Assembly: GCA_048882385.1 (NCBI GenBank)
Contig: JBHLRQ010000071.1
Location: 1-16,745 of the forward strand
Reading direction: 5' to 3'
DNA: 16,745 nucleotides
From: Candidatus Thorarchaeota archaeon
Lineage (GTDB): Archaea > Asgardarchaeota > Thorarchaeia > Thorarchaeales > Thorarchaeaceae
A program made the translations under genes and the position numbers. Every line of letters starts with the position of its first letter. Position 1 is the stretch's first letter. Shown here piece after piece: positions 1 to 6,533 of this stretch. Under the pieces are notes generated by a model. That model saw only the letters and a list, made by a program, of their open reading frames with translations. It had not been told where the DNA came from and searched no databases.

Positions 1-3000
1 TCAGCAGGAAGTTGTGCATACGACATTGTTCTCTTGATGACTGTTACCCTCACAAAGGTAGAATCATCAAAGTAGTAAGGTGCAGAACCATCATCCCAAT
101 CTACGAAGACTGTGACATTATAGTTTGATACTAGTATGCCACCAAATTCTGTTGAGTTGATCAAAACGTCGAATCCTTCTCCAGCGGGAACGATTGTGTA
201 CTGACCTGAAGTAAGTAAGACGCCTCCAGCCCAAATATCGATATTTGTCGTTGTGATTGATGTGATTGCCTGCTCCCGTATAAGATCCATATACATGAAT
301 GAGAATTGGACAATGTCGAGATACTGCGTTTGTTGAGGTGCAGTGGTTATCTCTACATTTGTTTCTCTTCTAATTGTGAACGTATTGAGAATCATATCAG
401 CATTGTCATGATATGGACTCTGCGCAGGATTCCAGGTTGCTTCGACGCGAATCTGAGTTAATCCGATTCCATCTAATGCAGTTGTATTAACAAGAACTAG
501 GAAGAATCCACTGCCCTCATCCACTATCGTGTACTGTGTTCCAAATGTAAGAGGTGTTACTCCCTTGAAAACATTGATTGATTCAGCAGAGATTCCAGCC
601 AAGCTATCAGTATCGAAGTATTGAATTCTGAAAGTCACATTGTCAAGGTACTGAGCGGGATCTGGAGCATCATCCAGAACTACATCTGATGCCCTAGTTC
701 TTAGCTCAAAGAAGAGATACGTATCATCAGCACCGTAGAATGGAGCTTGATTTGCATAGGTCGCTCGTATCTGAAGCGAATACTGTATACCAATTGATAA
801 CTCAGGATGGTTATAAGTTTCAATCGTTAGTGTATAGTATTGGAATGCTGGTTCCCATTGAACGGAGAAATACCAAACTCCTGCTGTTAGAATTTCAAGT
901 GTAACATCGCCAGTTCCGTTTCCAATAACTCCGAGAGTAGCAAGATCCTGGAAGTTGATTGTGTAATCTAGAGAATTGTTGTAGGGAACTTTTCCAATGG
1001 GTTCACCAGATAGGAGAGTGACGCGGTATCTGACCGTGAACGATCGCGTCGAGCTTGCATCAGGTATATAGAACTCAGTCTTAGTGAGTACGACTCTTAG
1101 ACTGTAGGTTCCTGGGTTGGTGTAGTATGTAGTGTTGAGAGTTACATTATATTCTCCCCCTATGATAGGACTTACAGAATAGAATGCACCAGGTATAGCA
1201 ACTAGATCATCATAGATTGTAACCACTGCACCAGAAATACCTGTGGTTGAGCCACCGGTTATATCAGTCCAGTTTAGAATAAACCACACACTATCACCAT
1301 ACGATGTAGGAGCAGGTGCTTGATAGTCAAGAACAGTCTGTCGTGATGTCACTGTGATGAAGATGGTTCGTCCCGTCCTGTTTGTGTAGTAGGGAGCGCC
1401 AGTCCACACAACATTCAGTGTGAATGATTTCTGTCCTAGAGGAGCAGCAAACTGACTGGTATCGAACGACACTGTGAATTGGTGAAGGAGTAGATCATAT
1501 GAAATAGAATAATCAGCCAAACTTACGGTAATATCCAATGAAGGATTATCATCAATTGGATCACTTCCACCTCCTGTAACATCCTCATATGAGAAGATTA
1601 GAGTTGCATTTTCCCCATATGGAGCGGGTGTAGGTGGCACAATTGACACTAAAGTGTCCCTGGGTAAGATTCGCACTGAAATGACATCAAAACGATTGGT
1701 GTAGAATGGAGCTACTCCATCAGTCCAATTGATGTATACATTCATGTATATGAGACCAGTTTCACCAAATATTGTTGTACTGAACGAGATTGAATAATTA
1801 CCAGGTTGAAGCACATCATCAATCTCAAGAATTGTGACTTGCCCTAGATCGACACTTACTCCTTGAAAACTAACATAGATATGCACATTTCCGCCGCCGT
1901 AGCTGCTGTTAGTGATTCCTAGACCACTAGTTTCACTGTAGAAGAAGATGTACTTCATTGAGCCGAGATACGGAGTCGGTTCAGAAGCCTGCAATAACGT
2001 GAGTTGTGAATCGATTCCGATAATGTTTACTGATGTTGTTGCAGTTCGGTTCTCATATTGTTGAGTTGGACCTGTCCAGTTGAAATAGATTAAGAAATTC
2101 TGGATACCTTTGGGGAACTGAGATGCATCAATCTGCAGGGTGTATATGCCACCTGTATTGCTAACGAGAGTGGAAGATATCCAATGGGTTCCATTCCAAA
2201 CATACTGTTGAATATTTGCCAAGTCATCTATTCCAGATTTACTGTCAAAGTCATAGTATCTTAGTGATATGTTTACAATTCCATTGAAAGGTGTTGGCTC
2301 AGGAGCACTTACAACATTGAATATTGTGACGTGTGTTCTGATATTGACCTCAACGTCACACGAAACCTGGAAATAGTTGGGGTCATTTGTGAAAGTGAAG
2401 GTTATTACATAAAGCCCGAGAGGATCGGAACCTGTTGTTGTGAATGTTACCTCATACCTAGACCCATCCCATACAACGGTTACAGCAGTGGAACCAGGCC
2501 ATCCAGAAACTGATGGAGTGATACTTGGGATTGGAACACCGTTGTCGAGATCTGTGTAGTCGATATATATCACGTGTACGTTCCCAACTGGGATATCGAC
2601 TGAAATTGCAGATGGTTGGGCGTCCGTATGTATTCTAGTGACTATGATCGTTATGATGACACTCTTCTCAGCATATCCATCTGCATTGGCAGTAAGGGTT
2701 AGTTGATGAGAACCAACTGATAGCCCAACAACGCCAATCTCAACATCATAGTTTCCATTAGACACGTGGACAAAATCAATCCAACCAGTTGACGCGGTGA
2801 TTGTTGCAGTTGTGATTCCGACTCCTCGATCACGGTCCTCATAATAGAGGGTGACACTAACATTGAAGTTTAGAGGAGTGGAAACGGTGTAGAGGTTTGA
2901 AGTCAGATCACTGTCAGCTGGTTTGTACTCGAAGTTGACTACAAACTGTGTTGACTGATAGAGTGAACTAGACGGGTCAACTTGAACTGTTATCGAATAG

Positions 3001-4440
3001 ACTCCCTCTGAGAAGAAGGAGGCTCCAATTAGGATGTTATATACTCCATTTCCGAAGGGAGTTATAGTGGCAGAAGGATATCCTGCAATTGCTATGTCGG
3101 AGGATAGTCCATCAATGGTATCACCATAGAAAACTCCAGGTTCAGAAACTTCTACAGTGATGTTGACAGTAAAATCATCACCATTCGGAAATAGCAATTT
3201 GCTTGGATTGTTATATGCAAGAATACTAAGACTGCGTATTGATATTGTAAATACATAGATTGAGGGATTTTGATAGTTAGAACTCGACATGGTTAAAATT
3301 ACAGATACTGATCTTCCTCCAACAGGCCAACCGCTTGTGTCTAGGGTGATATCATAGCTTCCAAAGTCAGCGAAACTAACAGTCCAGTCAAGGCGAATGT
3401 TGGACACAGCTCCAATTGGGACAGCACCTCCAGTGTCCAAGTCAATCAGGACCACAGTGAGATCTGTTGAGTTCCCATAGGGAGTTATCATGTCACCAAG
3501 AACATTGATTGATGTATAATGAGCTCGAATCGTAATCGTGAAAGTATACTGCATAGGTGGATAGTAGTCTGAATTAGCCATTACAACGGTCAGATTGACC
3601 TCATGAGCTCCAACAGCCCATGTATCTGTTGTCAAGGTCATCGCGTAGCTAAACAGAGAGCTTCTAACTTGGCTTCCACCCGCATAGTCAAAAATGAACT
3701 GATTTACATTCGAAATATCAGGAATGGTGCCTAAATCAATATCCACAAGAAGAACTGTCAATGGAGTGTTCTCTCCATAAGGCATAACAAAATCCCCTGA
3801 CGCTGAAACAGCTGTATAATGAGGTCTCAATGTAAATGTGATATCGACACTGTCCATCTGCAAGAGAGATGCAGATTTTGATGCATTGATTGTGTAGGTA
3901 TGTAAACCAACTGATAGTGCTGTCGTTGGAATAGAAATGTTGTACCATCCGACTCCTTGAGCGGGTATAGTAACTGGACTACCATCATCAAATGTAATTG
4001 TTGCACCTGAAATTGGAGCACCTGAGAACGAATCGTAATAGAATAGTGTTGCAGTAAATGGCGAGTCCAATGGAGTTGTTTCAATATATGCGTATGAAAG
4101 TTCTGTTGGATGATATAGGTCAAGTAGGAAGTAGTTTGATACGTCATTATAGAATGGATGCTCAGAACTGATTTCTATCCTCCAACGTTTGTTATTCTGT
4201 AAATCAGTCGTATTAACCGCAATTCCATATTCTCCTGCACCTAAATCATTGAGCTGAAGTGTCGTAGGAGTTCCTAAAATAGTCCAGTTCATGGTAATTT
4301 CTGACCCTGTTACTCCAGAGTGTAAAATATCGTCTGTTAGATCCACTTTGATATATATGACATCATTGACAGTCGCATCCGCAATTCCTCCACCAACAGC
4401 ATCCAATGGAGAGAGAATATCAATAGAAACATCATGTTGG
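1..4440 (-). repeat. Array of ~14 Ig-like modules (stalk of protein B, continues off the window)
   Basis: Module-for-module correspondence with A modules 1-14, e.g. RPHYTAVSASGDFVMPYGENTPL vs RSHYTAVTVSGDLATPYGQDTPL, and LPRDTLVSIVPP vs LPRDTLLSITPP. Confidence 0.7.
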
Positions 4441-6365
4441 ACAATGAAGTTACGCTGGTACAAGCCAGTCATGGCACTAACAGAACTACCTGAGTCGTTG
4501 TAATAAGCTGTTACTGTCCATAGACCTGCCATTGCTGACACATCTGCAATCTTCTTGATGGATGAATCAGGTGATTCTCGAACAACTTCAGAGCCTACAG
4601 AATAGAACAGATTAGTATTATACACATTCTGAAATTCTGCGGCAATCCAAGCACCACTTCTAATTCCATTTGAAACTCGAACCTCATCCATCCGACCGTT
4701 AAGGTACGCACGGACTCCTACTACCTGATCAATCCATGAACCTCCAATACCCCAGGTGCCATCATATGCAAGCTGTGCAGTGGCTAATGCTCCATATGAC
4801 CCGGGTGTGTCGTCAACTGCTCGAACATAGATTTTGTTATTTTCAGGAGTAGTGGCATCCATTGTACAAGCATAATAGTACCATGTGTTAGCCTGCCAAG
4901 AGTTTTGAGCTGTATACTTATACTTCTGACCTGCTGCATCATTCTCAACTTTGAAAACCATTGTACCTGCTGGTGCAGTTGAAGTATAGTCTGCCCCCAC
5001 CAAGGCAACGTGCATATCGTTATCACCGTTAAGATACTTCTCAAAGAGAAGTACTGTGTTTGGTGAAAGACTATTGTGAGCTGCGTCGAGTCTAAACCAT
5101 CCAGAGATGGTAACGCTACCTGTTGGTTCAAGATCCTCGGTATTTGAAACACTGATCCAATCGTCTGTCCCATCAAAGTCTTGTCCGTATCCCACAATAC
5201 CGTTGGTAATAACATTGCCAGTCTGTGTACCATCGTAATCGCCAGATGTCGAATCTTGATGAACACCTGTAGACTGCTCATCAATAGTGCTATCATCTAG
5301 ATGCCAGACTGCTGCAAAGCTATTGGTCCAGACATCAGTGGGATTTTCCTGAGATCCAATCGATGGATTTCCATAGTACATATTGATGACTGTATTCACA
5401 GAACCTGTAAGGTTAGTCTTGACCCAAGCAACAAGATGAGCCTGAGTTGGACTATAGCTCTGATCAAAAAGTTCAATCTCATGTGAGAGAACATTTCCTC
5501 CTGATACAAAGATGATGTCATCACCATCACTCTGTACTTTGGTCTTAAGGTCAGTATCATAGACATCAATCAGAACTGGAAAATTCAACAGGTTTTGTCC
5601 AAGATGTCGTGAGCGATCAACTGTGAAGTCTTTCCTGTATGTAAATGACTGAAGAAGGTGAGAGGTGGCTCCAACTGTTGTATTCGTTGTCGAATACCAG
5701 GTTGATCCTGAGGGGTCTGTTAGCGTGAATGTTGTGGCCGCTCCAGTTATCCAAGTACTTGTAGTTCTAAACATCATCTCATTAGTCAAATCGAATATTG
5801 CTGACGTAGAAAGTGTACCACCAGAAATTCCTAGGTTGAGATCACTGATAGTATTTATACTACTAAACTCAATCTTCCATAAACCAAAGGTGTCTACAGC
5901 CGAGCTGAAGACAGCAAGACTGCCACCCAGATAAGACCAATCAGTAGAAATTGTCTTTTCAACACCTACGGGATTTGTGACTGAAATGGGTGTCCAATCA
6001 GTAGATTGGTAGTCGATACTGAAGCTCAAGCTCTCAACCTCAGCTGGAGGTGAAACAAGAACATATGCAGTCCAAGTCACAGAACTGGCATTAGATACCG
6101 AGAAAGATGTTCCAGATACGAAATCCAATGAGAGTGTAGTTCCACTGTCTATCCATGAAGAGCTATTGGTAAAAGTGCCAGAGAATGATACAGCTAGAGG
6201 AGCCCCAGTACCCACATAAGTGCCTGAATCAGCAATCTGGTTCCTATGTGCTAGTGGATCTAAAAGTCCAGAATCTGTAAAGGGGATTCCAGAACCGGAG
6301 AGATCAACAAGAGTGAATACGAATATCGTGACTAATACTAAGGAAAGGAATCTACTGCTTCTCAT
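1..6365 (-). CDS. Giant surface protein / adhesin B, paralog of A (signal peptide + DUF2341-LamG + Ig-like modules); 3'-partial, >=2121 aa
   Basis: Manual translation from ATG 6365: MRSSRFLSLVLVTIFVFTLVDLSG...VSPPA...LTDPSGSTWY...FTYRKD...MYYGNP...AVWHLDD...DFDGTDD...GRMDEVRVS. The same frame at the window start reads DWDDGSAPYYFDDSTFVRVTVIKRTMS, matching A's DWNAASIPYYVDDSTTVKVTITRRTML. Absence from the ORF track is consistent with no in-frame stop before position 1. An alternative in-frame ATG lies at 6377, and an in-frame TGA at 6389-6387 bounds the 5' end. Confidence 0.92.
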   Translation of the reverse strand, partial: MRSSRFLSLVLVTIFVFTLVDLSGSGIPFTDSGLLDPLAHRNQIADSGTYVGTGAPLAVSFSGTFTNSSSWIDSGTTLSLDFVSGTSFSVSNASSVTWTAYVLVSPPAEVESLSFSIDYQSTDWTPISVTNPVGVEKTISTDWSYLGGSLAVFSSAVDTFGLWKIEFSSINTISDLNLGISGGTLSTSAIFDLTNEMMFRTTSTWITGAATTFTLTDPSGSTWYSTTNTTVGATSHLLQSFTYRKDFTVDRSRHLGQNLLNFPVLIDVYDTDLKTKVQSDGDDIIFVSGGNVLSHEIELFDQSYSPTQAHLVAWVKTNLTGSVNTVINMYYGNPSIGSQENPTDVWTNSFAAVWHLDDSTIDEQSTGVHQDSTSGDYDGTQTGNVITNGIVGYGQDFDGTDDWISVSNTEDLEPTGSVTISGWFRLDAAHNSLSPNTVLLFEKYLNGDNDMHVALVGADYTSTAPAGTMVFKVENDAAGQKYKYTAQNSWQANTWYYYACTMDATTPENNKIYVRAVDDTPGSYGALATAQLAYDGTWGIGGSWIDQVVGVRAYLNGRMDEVRVSNGIRSGAWIAAEFQNVYNTNLFYSVGSEVVRESPDSSIKKIADVSAMAGLWTVTAYYNDSGSSVSAMTGLYQRNFIVQHDVSIDILSPLDAVGGGIADATVNDVIYIKVDLTDDILHSGVTGSEITMNWTILGTPTTLQLNDLGAGEYGIAVNTTDLQNNKRWRIEISSEHPFYNDVSNYFLLDLYHPTELSYAYIETTPLDSPFTATLFYYDSFSGAPISGATITFDDGSPVTIPAQGVGWYNISIPTTALSVGLHTYTINASKSASLLQMDSVDITFTLRPHYTAVSASGDFVMPYGENTPLTVLLVDIDLGTIPDISNVNQFIFDYAGGSQVRSSLFSYAMTLTTDTWAVGAHEVNLTVVMANSDYYPPMQYTFTITIRAHYTSINVLGDMITPYGNSTDLTVVLIDLDTGGAVPIGAVSNIRLDWTVSFADFGSYDITLDTSGWPVGGRSVSVILTMSSSNYQNPSIYVFTISIRSLSILAYNNPSKLLFPNGDDFTVNITVEVSEPGVFYGDTIDGLSSDIAIAGYPSATITPFGNGVYNILIGASFFSEGVYSITVQVDPSSSLYQSTQFVVNFEYKPADSDLTSNLYTVSTPLNFNVSVTLYYEDRDRGVGITTATITASTGWIDFVHVSNGNYDVEIGVVGLSVGSHQLTLTANADGYAEKSVIITIIVTRIHTDAQPSAISVDIPVGNVHVIYIDYTDLDNGVPIPSITPSVSGWPGSTAVTVVWDGSRYEVTFTTTGSDPLGLYVITFTFTNDPNYFQVSCDVEVNIRTHVTIFNVVSAPEPTPFNGIVNISLRYYDFDSKSGIDDLANIQQYVWNGTHWISSTLVSNTGGIYTLQIDASQFPKGIQNFLIYFNWTGPTQQYENRTATTSVNIIGIDSQLTLLQASEPTPYLGSMKYIFFYSETSGLGITNSSYGGGNVHIYVSFQGVSVDLGQVTILEIDDVLQPGNYSISFSTTIFGETGLIYMNVYINWTDGVAPFYTNRFDVISVRILPRDTLVSIVPPTPAPYGENATLIFSYEDVTGGGSDPIDDNPSLDITVSLADYSISYDLLLHQFTVSFDTSQFAAPLGQKSFTLNVVWTGAPYYTNRTGRTIFITVTSRQTVLDYQAPAPTSYGDSVWFILNWTDITGGSTTGISGAVVTIYDDLVAIPGAFYSVSPIIGGEYNVTLNTTYYTNPGTYSLRVVLTKTEFYIPDASSTRSFTVRYRVTLLSGEPIGKVPYNNSLDYTINFQDLATLGVIGNGTGDVTLEILTAGVWYFSVQWEPAFQYYTLTIETYNHPELSIGIQYSLQIRATYANQAPFYGADDTYLFFELRTRASDVVLDDAPDPAQYLDNVTFRIQYFDTDSLAGISAESINVFKGVTPLTFGTQYTIVDEGSGFFLVLVNTTALDGIGLTQIRVEATWNPAQSPYHDNADMILNTFTIRRETNVEITTAPQQTQYLDIVQFSFMYMDLIREQAITSITTTNIDIWAGGVLLTSGQYTIVPAGEGFDVLINSTEFGGILVSNYNVTVFVDWDDGSAPYYFDDSTFVRVTVIKRTMSYAQLPA
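4626..5645 (-). other. DUF2341 + LamG cassette of protein B
   Basis: FTYRKDF...NFPVLI...DGDDIIFV...LSHEIELF...AWVK...INMYYG (5645-5370), then AVWHL...DFDGTDDW...SGWF...WYYY...LNGRMDEVRVS...WIAAEFQN. Confidence 0.82.
6297..6365 (-). other. N-terminal Sec signal peptide or signal anchor of protein B
   Basis: Basic n-region MRSSR followed by hydrophobic FLSLVLVTIFVFTLV. There is no clear AxA site, lipobox or twin-Arg motif, so cleavage is uncertain. Confidence 0.75.
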
Positions 6366-6371
6366 GATCGG

Positions 6372-6375
6372 CACC
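6372..6375 (-). promoter_or_regulatory. Possible Shine-Dalgarno core (GGTG) for ATG 6365
   Basis: Minus strand reads GGTG-CCGATC-ATG, an archaeal-type GGTG(A) core 6 nt before the ATG. Confidence 0.3.
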
Positions 6376-6444
6376 ATCTTGATATTTCATTGCCCACCTG
6401 CGCGGCATGACAACTAACGTATCATTACACCAGAATTGATTGCA

Positions 6445-6455
6445 CTATATTTCAA
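6445..6455 (-). promoter_or_regulatory. Weak TATA-like element upstream of gene B
   Basis: Minus strand reads TTGAAATATAG about 80 nt upstream of ATG 6365. It is an imperfect match to the archaeal TTTA(A/T)A box. Confidence 0.2.
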
Positions 6456-6478
6456 TGAATTTCGTGGATAATGTCAGC

Positions 6479-6494
6479 TATTTTTCGAAAAATA
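6479..6494. promoter_or_regulatory. Perfect 16-bp palindrome in the A-B spacer (possible dimeric regulator site or hairpin)
   Basis: TATTTTTCGAAAAATA is its own reverse complement. The palindrome is seen directly; its function is inferred. Confidence 0.35.
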
Positions 6495-6533
6495 AAGAGA
6501 ATGAGGAAGGAGAAGCTTTCCCTACTCCTTCCT
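6488..6533 (-). terminator. Putative terminator of gene A: hairpin over the stop codon followed by a U-rich tract
   Basis: A 9-bp inverted repeat AGGAAGGAG (6504-6512) / CTCCTTCCT (6525-6533) has a 12-nt spacer containing the TAG. On the minus strand it is followed by CATTCTCTTTATTTTT. Confidence 0.45.

Noticed and set aside
2331-6417. Short ORFs in the track (2331+, 3736-, 3827-, 4291+, 4784-, 5301+, 5665+, 6220+)
   Set aside because: All lie antisense or out of frame over gene B and show no recognisable protein motifs; they are shadow ORFs.
6378-6524. A and B are in the same reading frame and A ends in TAG: possible read-through or pyrrolysine fusion
   Set aside because: Further in-frame TGA stops occur at 6476-6474 and 6389-6387, and B has its own signal peptide.
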